Assembly (NCBI GenBank): GCA_018818145.1
Contig: JAHIST010000087.1
Span: 1 to 38,775, forward strand
Source of the DNA: Patescibacteria group bacterium
GTDB taxonomy: Bacteria > Patescibacteriota > Minisyncoccia > Portnoybacterales > GWB1-42-6
Reading direction: 5' to 3'
DNA length: 38,775 nt
The notes beneath the pieces were generated by a model. It was not told where the DNA came from. It ran no database searches and worked only from the letters and a program-made list of their open reading frames with translations. Position 1 is the first letter of the stretch. The number at the start of each line of letters is the position of its first letter. Made by a program: the position numbers and the translations under genes. Shown in pieces: positions 1 to 7,980 of this stretch.

Positions 1-1053
1 AAGGTTATTTTAATGTCGCATTTGGGCAAACCATTGGAAAATCAAAGATTTATCCCGAGCGGAGCCGAGGGAGTAAATAGTAAAAATCAAAAAGAAAAAT
101 TCAGCCTATCGCCAATAGCCAAAAGGCTATCCGAGCTGTCGGGCGCTCAAGTATTTTTTGTCGCCGATTGCGTCGGATCGGAAGTTGAAAGGAGGGTCAG
201 CGAATTAAAGCCCGGTGAAGTTTTGTTACTAGAGAATCTAAGATTTCACAAAGAGGAGGAGTTAAATGATGAAGCTTTTGCCCAAAATCTGGCGCGTCTG
301 GCCGAAATTTATGTCAATGACGCTTTTGGCACCTGCCATCGCAGCCATGCCTCGGTGGTCGCTGTCACGAAATTTTTGCCGAGTTATGCCGGCCTGTTAC
401 TTCAAAAAGAGGTAGAAAACTTGTCACGCGCCCGCGACAATCCCGACCATCCATTGACCGTGGTGATTGGCGGCGCCAAAATGTCAACCAAGATTAAATT
501 AATTCAGAGTTTTTTTGATAAAGCCGAAAATATAATTTTGGGCGGGGCGCTGGCTAATACCGTGCTGCACGCCAAAGGCATCGCGGTCGGCAAATCAATT
601 ATTGAAGAATCAATGGTGCCCGAAATCCAAAAATTCGAAATTACCAGCACCAAAGTCCATTTGCCTCTTGATGCTTTGCTTTGCACCGATAAGGATGATT
701 TGGCAACCTGTCACCCCGGGCCTATTGGTCTGATGCAGCCGGAAGATTCTATTTTAGATATTGGTCTGGACACGGAAAAACTTTTTGCCCGAGTTATGGA
801 GTTTTCTAAAATGGTTGTCTGGAACGGGCCGATGGGTTTGTTTGAAATAGACGCTTTCGCGCACGGCAGCAAAGCAATCGCCCGGGCGATTGCCCGGTCG
901 GGGGCCTATTCCATTGTTGGTGGAGGAGAAACGGTGGCCTTTTTAGAAAAAGCCGGTCTGATTGATAGCTTTTCTTTTGTGTCCACCGGCGGCGGCGCGA
1001 TGATGGAATTTTTAGCGGGGGATAAGCTGCCGGGGTTAACGGCGTTAGAATAA
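1..1053 (+). CDS. pgk: phosphoglycerate kinase, 5' end outside window
   Basis: The frame is open from nt 1 (KVILMSHLGKP...). PGK motifs seen: LENLRFHKEEE, NDAFGTCHR, VIGGAKMSTKI, VWNGPMGLFE, STGGGAMMEFL. Stop at 1051-1053. Confidence 0.9.
   Translation, partial: KVILMSHLGKPLENQRFIPSGAEGVNSKNQKEKFSLSPIAKRLSELSGAQVFFVADCVGSEVERRVSELKPGEVLLLENLRFHKEEELNDEAFAQNLARLAEIYVNDAFGTCHRSHASVVAVTKFLPSYAGLLLQKEVENLSRARDNPDHPLTVVIGGAKMSTKIKLIQSFFDKAENIILGGALANTVLHAKGIAVGKSIIEESMVPEIQKFEITSTKVHLPLDALLCTDKDDLATCHPGPIGLMQPEDSILDIGLDTEKLFARVMEFSKMVVWNGPMGLFEIDAFAHGSKAIARAIARSGAYSIVGGGETVAFLEKAGLIDSFSFVSTGGGAMMEFLAGDKLPGLTALE
38..91. repeat. In-frame 45-nt insertion in pgk flanked by a 9-bp direct repeat AAAATCAAA
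   Basis: AAAATCAAA occurs at 38-46 and 83-91, exactly 15 codons apart. Between them lies a GC-rich core TCCCGAGCGGAGCCGAGGGA. The extra peptide RFIPSGAEGVNSKNQ sits between the conserved SHLGKP and FSL, where E. coli PGK (from memory) has no counterpart. Confidence 0.6.
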
Positions 1054-1168
1054 ATTCAAAATCTAAAGCTCAAATGTCAAATCAAATCCAAAATCCGAAT
1101 GACTAAAAAAAGAATAAATTTTTGGATTTTAGGCTTTGAGCTTGATTTGACATTTGATTTTTTCTTTT

Positions 1169-2992
1169 ATGCTTTGGCAATTTAAACCTAATGCGCCGGA
1201 GGAATTCATCAGGCAGTTTCCTGAATATCAACCGATAGTTTTGCAGCTGCTTTACAATCGCGGCTTGAGAACGCAACAGCAAATTGATGAATTTTTCAAT
1301 CCGGATTTTGAGGGGGATCTTCTGGATCCTTTTTTGATGTTGGGTATTAGCCAAGCGGTTAAGCGAATAAATAAAGCGATAAAAAAGAAAGAAAAAATCG
1401 CTATTTTTGGCGATTACGACTGCGATGGTGTCTGCGGTGCGGTTATTTTAAAAACAATTTTGGAGGAGCTAGGAGCTGATTTGAGCGGCGGCGTTTATAT
1501 ACCCGATCGGATAATTGAAGGTTATGGCCTGAATAACGAAGCGATAGAGAAGCTGGGTAAAGAAAAAGTTAATCTGATTTTAACGGTTGATTGCGGCATT
1601 TCCGACGTGGCGGAAGTTAAGTTAGCCAATTCGCTTGGCGTAGAAGTCATTATTGTTGACCACCATCGTTTGGGCAAAAAATTACCATCAGCCAAGGTCA
1701 TAATTGACCCTTGGCAGCCAAAAGATAAGTATCCTTTTAAGGAATTAGCCGGAGCGGGCGTGGCGTTTAAATTAGCGCAAGCCCTTCGACAAGCTCAGGG
1801 TAAAGCCCTTCAAAAAAATCAGGGTAAGCCGGGTTTGGATAATAAAATTTCTGAAGGCTGGGAAAAATGGCTGCTGGATTTGGTGGCGCTGGCCACGGTG
1901 GCTGATTGCGTGCCGGTTTTGGGGGAAAACCGCACGTTGGTGCACTACGGTTTGATTGTACTGGCGCAGACAAAAAGAGTCGGTCTACAAGAGTTAATGA
2001 AAGTGGCGCGGTTAAATCCCGTTTTTGAAGCCGAAAATCTTAAGACTAATTTAGACACTTATTCTTTAGGTTTTATTTTGGCGCCGCGGCTTAACGCGGC
2101 CGGACGAATGGACCATGCCAGCTTGGCGTTTCGTTTGCTTATGACCCAAGACTATCAGGAAGCCAAAGTTCTGGCCGAAAAAATTAATGAGCAAAATCAG
2201 CAGCGGCAGAAACTAACCGATAAAATAGTGGCTGAAGTAGAAACCCGGATTAAAAATTATCAGGCAGATAAAAATCAGCCCGTTGTCGTGGAAACAGATA
2301 AAAACTGGTCGCCGGGCGTGGTCGGCTTGGTTGCCGGCAAAATTGCCGACCGTTATCACCGCCCAGTTTTTATTTTCAAGGAAGACGAAAAAGTCAGCCG
2401 CGGCTCTGCCCGCTCCATACCCACTTTTGATATTATTGAGGCCATAGGCCAGTGCAGCCAATTGCTTAAGGAATTTGGCGGGCATCCGGGCGCGGCCGGC
2501 GTATCATTAGAAAATAAAAATCTTTCCGCGTTCAAAGAAAAAATAAACCAGATTGCCAGAGAAAAATTGAAGCCCGAAGATTTAATTCCCGCCGCGCAAA
2601 TAGATTCGGAACTGGAGCCAGCGGAGGTTAATTGGGAGTTGTTTGACGAACTGGAGCATCTTGAGCCCTTTGGGCGGGGAAATGACCCGCCAGTTTTTTT
2701 GTTAAAAAATCTGGAAATCGCCAATTTGCGGGTTGTCGGCAACGGCTCAAAACATTTGAAATTGGAGTTGAAAAGTGATAAATTAGCCAATAAGGTTTTT
2801 CACGCTATTGGTTTTAATCTGGCCGCCCGCCTGTCATCGCCTGCGGCTCAGACTATTGGCGGGCAAGCCAAAAACGGTAATGACAATTTAAAAACAGGCG
2901 ATAAAATTGATATTATTTTTGAACTGATAGCGGATGAGTGGAACGGGACGAGGAATTTACAGCTGAAAATAATAGATATAAAAAAATTATGA
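1169..2992 (+). CDS. recJ: single-stranded-DNA-specific exonuclease RecJ (DHH/DHHA1)
   Basis: Motifs DYDCDGVCG, VDCG, VDHH and GGHPGAAG. ATG 1169 (MLWQFKPNAPEEF) is preferred over the TTG 1154 of the ORF track. The stop TGA overlaps the ATG at 2989 (ATGA junction). Confidence 0.9.
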   Translation: MLWQFKPNAPEEFIRQFPEYQPIVLQLLYNRGLRTQQQIDEFFNPDFEGDLLDPFLMLGISQAVKRINKAIKKKEKIAIFGDYDCDGVCGAVILKTILEELGADLSGGVYIPDRIIEGYGLNNEAIEKLGKEKVNLILTVDCGISDVAEVKLANSLGVEVIIVDHHRLGKKLPSAKVIIDPWQPKDKYPFKELAGAGVAFKLAQALRQAQGKALQKNQGKPGLDNKISEGWEKWLLDLVALATVADCVPVLGENRTLVHYGLIVLAQTKRVGLQELMKVARLNPVFEAENLKTNLDTYSLGFILAPRLNAAGRMDHASLAFRLLMTQDYQEAKVLAEKINEQNQQRQKLTDKIVAEVETRIKNYQADKNQPVVVETDKNWSPGVVGLVAGKIADRYHRPVFIFKEDEKVSRGSARSIPTFDIIEAIGQCSQLLKEFGGHPGAAGVSLENKNLSAFKEKINQIAREKLKPEDLIPAAQIDSELEPAEVNWELFDELEHLEPFGRGNDPPVFLLKNLEIANLRVVGNGSKHLKLELKSDKLANKVFHAIGFNLAARLSSPAAQTIGGQAKNGNDNLKTGDKIDIIFELIADEWNGTRNLQLKIIDIKKL

Positions 2993-3024
2993 AAGTAACA
3001 ATTTTTACCGACGGCGGTTCGTGA
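2989..3024 (+). pseudogene. Relic 5' end of rnhA (11 codons then TGA)
   Basis: It encodes MKVTIFTDGGS*, against MKLVIFTDGGSRGNPG at 4159. 28 of 33 nt are identical, including a perfect 17-nt core ATTTTTACCGACGGCGG. Confidence 0.65.
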
Positions 3025-3234
3025 AGTCTGTTGGAGTCTGACTTCGGCAAGCCGTCTTATGAGAAAATCTAACGGCTCAACGGCGTTGAGCCGTTGAAGA
3101 TTGTTGCTTAATCTGAAAGTTTAAGATAACATCCCAACATTCTCAAGTTTGTAAGGATACTATGCCGACGCTGTATTGTTTAATTCGTACGAATGGGTAA
3201 ATGCAGTAAGGGGTTTGTAGTTGGGTGTAAATTA

Positions 3235-3263
3235 TTGTAAATATAGAGTTTTTATAGTATCAT
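3235..3263 (+). promoter_or_regulatory. Candidate sigma70-type promoter of the TA operon
   Basis: TTGTAA (3235-3240), a 17-nt spacer, then TATCAT (3258-3263), about 27 nt upstream of ATG 3290. AAGGTG lies 6 nt before the ATG. Confidence 0.3.
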
Positions 3264-3289
3264 TTAAGCAGTAGTAAAAGGTGATAAAT

Positions 3290-3787
3290 ATGGCTAAAAT
3301 CAACGAAAAAAAGTATAAAAATACCGTGCTTTTCTTTGCGAATAAGATCTGTAACGGCACCTTGGGGAAGCTTAAATTAATGAAGCTTCTCTACTATTTG
3401 GATTTTGATTTTTTTGAAAAATATGGCCGATCAATCACGGGCGACGAATATCTGCGTTTTGAGCACGGGCCTGTCCCGCGCATGGGAGAGAAGATTTTGA
3501 AGCAGATGCAGGGCAAAGAAATAAAAATTGTCAGCCGCAAGATGTCAAAAGGGTACAACAATCAGCAGCATATTGAGGCGACTAGAGAATTTAATCCGGC
3601 AGTTTTTACTAATGAGGAAATTTTGATGCTGGAAGAGATTGCTAACAAATGGGAAAGGTTCACTGGCGCGGAAATGAAAACGGCTAGTCACGGCGAAGCT
3701 CCTTGGATTGCCACAAAGCCCAATCAAGTCATTGATTATAATCTTACATACTATCGTAATAAATATGCCGAGATGGAGCGGCTCTAA
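3290..3787 (+). CDS. Panacea / DUF4065 (SocA-GepA-like) antitoxin-domain protein
   Basis: GKLKLMKLLYYLDFDFFEKYGRSITGDEYLRFEHGPVP matches the remembered DUF4065 signature (K-L-x-K-L-L-Y, Y-x-x-x-x-G-P-V). ATG 3290 with an SD-like AAGGTG is preferred over GTG 3281. Confidence 0.7.
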   Translation: MAKINEKKYKNTVLFFANKICNGTLGKLKLMKLLYYLDFDFFEKYGRSITGDEYLRFEHGPVPRMGEKILKQMQGKEIKIVSRKMSKGYNNQQHIEATREFNPAVFTNEEILMLEEIANKWERFTGAEMKTASHGEAPWIATKPNQVIDYNLTYYRNKYAEMERL

Positions 3788-3793
3788 TATGTT

Positions 3794-4135
3794 ATGGAAA
3801 TTTCTCGGCACCCTGATATTGAAAAAGATTTTCGCGCGTTGAAGCGTTTTGTCGCCCCAAAAGAGTCGCTTGAAGCATGGGAGCGACTTTTTTGTTTAAA
3901 AGGTCTGCGGGAAACTCCTGCCATTGACCAATTTCCCGGTTTTGGGCATCGAAAAATATTCAAAGGCCGCATTGTCCCTTTAAGAGAAAATGTTGGAAAA
4001 TCAAAAGGGCATCACGTCGTTTTTGAGATAGGTAGCGAAGACAAGTGCGTTGTTCTTGTGTTTTCTCGCCATGGTATATATCATAATGAGGCGGAATTAA
4101 TTGCATTAGCAAAAGACAGAATTGATTTAATTTGA
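3794..4135 (+). CDS. RelE/ParE-fold toxin-like protein (113 aa)
   Basis: It starts 6 nt after the upstream stop. GKSKGHHVVFEIGSEDKCVVLVFSRHGIYHNEAEL resembles the G-K-x-G-G-Y-R-V-I-Y ... K-x-E core of RelE/HigB-type toxins. Size and position fit a type II toxin. Confidence 0.5.
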   Translation: MEISRHPDIEKDFRALKRFVAPKESLEAWERLFCLKGLRETPAIDQFPGFGHRKIFKGRIVPLRENVGKSKGHHVVFEIGSEDKCVVLVFSRHGIYHNEAELIALAKDRIDLI

Positions 4136-4158
4136 TAAAGTTATAAGAAAAATTTGAT

Positions 4159-4590
4159 ATGAAATTAGTCATTTTTACCGACGGCGGGTCGCGCGGCAAT
4201 CCGGGGCCATCGGCCATTGGCGTCGTGATTGCCAACGAATCAGACGAGACCATCAAAAAATACAGTCAGGCAATTGGCGAAGCCACCAACAACGAAGCCG
4301 AATATCAGGCGGTGATTTTTGCGCTCAAAAAAACAAAAGCGCTTTTTGGCAAAGCTAAGGTAAAAGAAATGGAAATTGAAATCAGGACGGATTCAGAATT
4401 AATAGTCAGCCAGCTTAATCACCAGTTTAAAATTATGGAAAAAAATCTCCAGCCGCTTTTTTTGCAGGTCTGGAATTTAATGCTGGATTTTGGGCCGATA
4501 AAATTTACGGCAATTCCCCGCGAGCAAAACCGCGAAACAGACAGACTGGTCAATCGGGCGCTGGACGCCCAGCAACCGTTTTTGCTTTAG
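4159..4590 (+). CDS. rnhA: ribonuclease HI
   Basis: DEDD residues sit in typical contexts: FTDGGSRGNPG, NNEAEYQAVIFAL, IRTDSELIV, NRETDRLVNRAL. Confidence 0.85.
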   Translation: MKLVIFTDGGSRGNPGPSAIGVVIANESDETIKKYSQAIGEATNNEAEYQAVIFALKKTKALFGKAKVKEMEIEIRTDSELIVSQLNHQFKIMEKNLQPLFLQVWNLMLDFGPIKFTAIPREQNRETDRLVNRALDAQQPFLL

Positions 4591-4734
4591 GTTTAGGTTA
4601 GCCTTGCAACTAAAAATGCGTTGATGTATTATACACGTATTAAAAGGCAAATAAGCAAATTAAAGGGTTTACCGTAGAGAGTCTCTTTTAGGAAATTTTT
4701 AAAAGAATACTCTTGACAGTTAGCTAAAAATATT

Positions 4735-6141
4735 ATGATAAGGACAAAATATTTACCCCTACATCAGAGAGCCACAGGCGTAAGCCCGTGGTATGGGGGT
4801 TTAGTTTCTGGAGCCGGTTCAGCTTTTTTATTGGCAGCGGTTTTATTAATCGGGGGCGTATTTGCTCAAACTGCCGATACAACCGCGCCCTCTGCTATAG
4901 CTGATTTAGCCGTTTCTGCAACAACGGTTTCTTCGGTAGCCATGACCTGGACGGCGCCGGGAAACGATGGCGCGGTCGGCACTTCCACTAGCTATGATTT
5001 GCGCTATGCAACCTCGGTCATCACCGAAAGCACCTGGGCTTCTTCTACCCAGGCCGTTGGCGAGCCAACGCCTAAAATCGCCGGTAGCGTTGAAACAACG
5101 ATGGTTTCGGGTCTGTCTTCGTCCACGACTTACTATTTTGCCATAAAATCAAAGGACGAGGCGGGGAACGAGTCAGCTTTTTCCAATATAGCCAGCGGAA
5201 CAACTTTGGCTCCGCCTGCGCCTACTCCCACTCCAACACCTGCTTCAACGTCTGGCCTGACCTTTGAAATGAAAGTCACGCCCCGCACCCTAAACTTATC
5301 CAGCGAAGGCAAGTGGGTAACCGTACAACTGTATCTACCTTTTCTTTATAAGGCGAATCAAGTTGATATTTCTTCAGTAAGACTGAATGGCGTTTTTCCG
5401 CCTGATCCAAAATTCAGAGGCACTGATAATATTAATGATAATGACGATAAAAAACACGAAAAGAAAAAATCTTCTAATTTAGTTTTGAAATTTTCCCGCG
5501 AAGGCGTACAGGGTTTGGCTGATAGCTCTGCCAACAGCTCAGCCTTGGTTTTAACCCTAACCGGAAAGGTGAGTGATAAAGATTTTTCTGCCAGTGACAC
5601 CATTGTTGTTTTCAAAAGGATTGAGTTGGACGATGACGACGACGAAGATGATGAAGGAGATTTGGTTCAGGCAACCAGCTCTCCGAAAGTCTATATTATC
5701 CACAAGGGTCATAAACGCCATATTCCTTCTCCTCAGGCATTTGAACGCTTGAGGCTGCGATGGGAAAATATCAAAATAGTTGCTGAACAGGTGCTTAACG
5801 CTTTTCGGGAAGAAAATTTATTTAGAGCCAGCAATAGTCCGGATGTTTATCTCATAATTGGCGGGATGAAACGACATATTCTTTCTCCGGCGATTTTCGC
5901 TTCATATGGTTTTGACTGGGACGATATTACTATTGTCAGCTCGGCTGATTTGGCCGACTACCCCGACGTAAGCTTAATTCGCGCGGCCGGCGATGAAAAA
6001 GTTTATTTATTGAGCGGCGGTAAAAAACACTGGATTTCTTCATTGGCCGTTTTCAGCAAACACGGCTATAACTGGAACTCGGTTGTTATTATTAATTCAA
6101 CCGAAAAAGACGCCATTCCCGAGGGAGACAACGTTCAATAA
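4735..6141 (+). CDS. Secreted or anchored protein: FN3 domain, Pro/Thr linker, acidic tract, three C-terminal ~45-aa repeats
   Basis: There is an N-terminal hydrophobic segment (AFLLAAVLLIGGVFA). An FN3-like region runs VSSVAMTWTAPGNDG...YYFAIKSKDEAGNES. Further features are PPAPTPTPTP, DDDDDEDDEGD and three repeats of the type VYxIxxGxKRHIxSPxxFxxxGxxWxxIxIV. Confidence 0.7.
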   Translation: MIRTKYLPLHQRATGVSPWYGGLVSGAGSAFLLAAVLLIGGVFAQTADTTAPSAIADLAVSATTVSSVAMTWTAPGNDGAVGTSTSYDLRYATSVITESTWASSTQAVGEPTPKIAGSVETTMVSGLSSSTTYYFAIKSKDEAGNESAFSNIASGTTLAPPAPTPTPTPASTSGLTFEMKVTPRTLNLSSEGKWVTVQLYLPFLYKANQVDISSVRLNGVFPPDPKFRGTDNINDNDDKKHEKKKSSNLVLKFSREGVQGLADSSANSSALVLTLTGKVSDKDFSASDTIVVFKRIELDDDDDEDDEGDLVQATSSPKVYIIHKGHKRHIPSPQAFERLRLRWENIKIVAEQVLNAFREENLFRASNSPDVYLIIGGMKRHILSPAIFASYGFDWDDITIVSSADLADYPDVSLIRAAGDEKVYLLSGGKKHWISSLAVFSKHGYNWNSVVIINSTEKDAIPEGDNVQ

Positions 6142-6172
6142 AGTTAGCAAAAAAATCAGCAAGGATTTTTAT

Positions 6173-6201
6173 CCCCACACCTTTTTAAGGTGCGGGGTTT
6201 T
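6173..6201 (+). terminator. Intrinsic terminator after the FN3 gene
   Basis: CCCCACACC tttttaa GGTGCGGGG followed by TTTT, with one mismatch in a 9-bp stem. Confidence 0.5.
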
Positions 6202-6303
6202 ATCTCTCCGTTTTCAAACGGGGGGATTTTTGCCTTTTGGCTTTTATGGATTGTCCAAAGCTAAAAAGAGAGTTAAGATTAAGTTATAAATTCAGGCGAA
6301 AAC

Positions 6304-6984
6304 ATGAAAAAGCGACTTTTAATTTTTTTCCTTTGCGCAATTTCTTTTCTGGCGCTTTTTGAATTTTATATTTTATATCTTTATCCGCAGGATATTTCTT
6401 TGGGCGGTTATTTTTCCAGTATTTTGCAGTCATTGGTTGGCGGAGAATCAAACAAGCTTATAAGAATAAATCTTTACAATTACGCCATTGTTTTGTATGA
6501 AGATGGTAATTTTATTAAACAAGCCAGAATCTCCGGTATGGGAAATCCTAAATTTTCACCCACGCCCCAAGGAAGTTTTAAAATTTTATCAAAAGAAGTA
6601 AGGCATATTTCAGGTATCAACGGCGTAATTATGCCCTTAAGCCTTCGTTTTTATAGGGGTTATTATCTTCATGGTCTTCCTTTTACCCGTTCAGGCCAGC
6701 CGGTCAACACTGTCTATTCGCTGGGTTGTGTTAGATTAGGGCCCGGTCTGGATGAGGACGTTTATAACTGGGCGGAAATTGGTACTAAAGTAGAAATTTA
6801 TAAAGCGCGGTTGGTTAAGTCAGCCGAAGAGCCGGCAGTCTTTCTTTTGACGGAAGAGGGTTTTAAAGAGTGGATTCCAAATCCCGAAACATTTAATAAT
6901 CGGGGCTTTTTCTGGAAAGACATAGCTATTGTGCCCTTAGCGGAGATAAATAATTATCCCGAAGTTAGCGCTACAAAACTATAA
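6304..6984 (+). CDS. L,D-transpeptidase (YkuD domain) with a C-terminal repeat module
   Basis: An N-terminal TM segment is present. The catalytic signature is YYLHGLP...YSLGCVRLG (H-G ... S-x-G-C-x-R). The C-terminal VFLLTEEGFKEWIPNPETFNNRGFFWKDIAIV matches the repeats of the upstream gene. Confidence 0.85.
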   Translation: MKKRLLIFFLCAISFLALFEFYILYLYPQDISLGGYFSSILQSLVGGESNKLIRINLYNYAIVLYEDGNFIKQARISGMGNPKFSPTPQGSFKILSKEVRHISGINGVIMPLSLRFYRGYYLHGLPFTRSGQPVNTVYSLGCVRLGPGLDEDVYNWAEIGTKVEIYKARLVKSAEEPAVFLLTEEGFKEWIPNPETFNNRGFFWKDIAIVPLAEINNYPEVSATKL

Positions 6985-7001
6985 ATTCTGTTAAGAATTT
7001 G

Positions 7002-7868
7002 ATGAAAAAAATCTCGGTAATTTTAATTTTACTGATTTTTGTTGGGCTGGGTTTTTATTTCAGGGCCGACCTTTTAAATTTTTACGACCACTTGACGAAA
7101 AATTTTTCCGATATTGAAAAAATATCACTGGATCAGTTAGTCAAGGACATTCAAAAGCAGGTATCCGCGCCGCCGCCCCTGCGGCTAAATCAGGAAGAGT
7201 CGCTGGCGACTTTAACTAAATCAGTCGTTATTAAATGGACTAATCTTCAGCGCGCGGCCAACGGCGGGCTTTTGCCCCTGGCCTCAAACACCAAGCTCGA
7301 CGCCGCGGCTTTGGCTAAAGTCCAAGAGATGTTTAAAAATCAGTATTTTGAACATGTTTCTCCTGCGGGCGCCGGACCGGAGGATTTAGCAAAAAAATTC
7401 AGCTACAGCTTTGTCGCTTTTGGCGAAAATTTAGCATTGGGAAATTTTAAAGATGAGGAGGCTCTGGTTCAGGCTTGGATGGACAGCCCCGGCCACCGAG
7501 CCAACATTTTAAATACGCGTTATCGGGAAATAGGCGTAGCAGTGCTCAAGGGCGTTTTTGAAGGCCGGACAACTTGGATAGCTGTGCAGGAATTCGGTTT
7601 TCCGCTTGCAGCCTGTCCGCAACCGGACGCGGCGCTCAAAAGCCAGATTGAGTTTTATAAAAAGCAGGCTGACGATTTAATCTTGCTAATTGATGAGAAA
7701 CGCAAAGAAATTGAAAATACACGGTTTGACAGCCGCCGCCAATATAATCAGGCTGTGAGCCAATATAATGATTTAGTAGGCCAATATAATAATTTAGTTT
7801 CGCAGATTAAATTACTCATCAATAGCTACAACAGCCAAGTTTCTCAATTTAACTCTTGCGCCAGATAA
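7002..7868 (+). CDS. CAP/SCP (YkwD-like) domain protein with a coiled-coil tail
   Basis: An N-terminal TM segment is present. Motifs: FEHVSPAG, GENLALGN, AWMDSPGHRANILNTRYREIGVAV. The tail has a 3 x 21-nt tandem repeat (QYNQAVS / QYNDLVG / QYNNLVS) at 7738-7800. Confidence 0.8.
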   Translation: MKKISVILILLIFVGLGFYFRADLLNFYDHLTKNFSDIEKISLDQLVKDIQKQVSAPPPLRLNQEESLATLTKSVVIKWTNLQRAANGGLLPLASNTKLDAAALAKVQEMFKNQYFEHVSPAGAGPEDLAKKFSYSFVAFGENLALGNFKDEEALVQAWMDSPGHRANILNTRYREIGVAVLKGVFEGRTTWIAVQEFGFPLAACPQPDAALKSQIEFYKKQADDLILLIDEKRKEIENTRFDSRRQYNQAVSQYNDLVGQYNNLVSQIKLLINSYNSQVSQFNSCAR

Positions 7869-7869
7869 G

Positions 7870-7971
7870 CCCCGTTAGAAATTATTGAATAATTTATTTT
7901 AGTACGCTAATTTATCTTAAGAACGGAGCGCTTTTATTGGATAATAAATTACTTGATAATTTCTAACGGGG
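7870..7971. repeat. ~100-nt imperfect palindrome closed by CCCCGTTAGAAATT / AATTTCTAACGGGG
   Basis: The 14-nt ends (7870-7883 and 7958-7971) are perfect reverse complements, and the inner arms are partly complementary. It starts 2 nt after the CAP gene stop. Confidence 0.6.
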
Positions 7972-7980
7972 TAAATAATT

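Larger units (their letters stand above)
3018..4170 (+). mobile_element. Inserted cassette without an integrase, carrying a toxin-antitoxin pair, bounded by the duplicated rnhA 5' core
   Basis: It lies between direct repeats 3001-3017 and 4171-4187. It contains 256 nt of non-coding DNA with a perfect 11-bp hairpin (AACGGCTCAAC ggc GTTGAGCCGTT, about 3070-3094), a promoter-like site and two tightly spaced small genes. Confidence 0.5.

Noticed and set aside
1103-1354. 83-aa minus-strand ORF across the pgk-recJ spacer
   Set aside because: It is antisense to the recJ 5' end and to the AAATCC-word repeat spacer. Its Lys/Arg-rich low-complexity translation is not protein-like.
2356-2790. Antisense ORFs inside long genes (also 12430-12831, 15545-15880, 30106-30447, 32428-32781, 26250-26788 and others)
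   Set aside because: Each lies fully within a well-supported plus-strand gene with clear family motifs. None shows motifs or start signals of its own.
6083-6289. 68-aa plus-strand ORF after the FN3 gene
   Set aside because: It overlaps the end of the FN3 gene in another frame and reads through two terminator-like hairpins.
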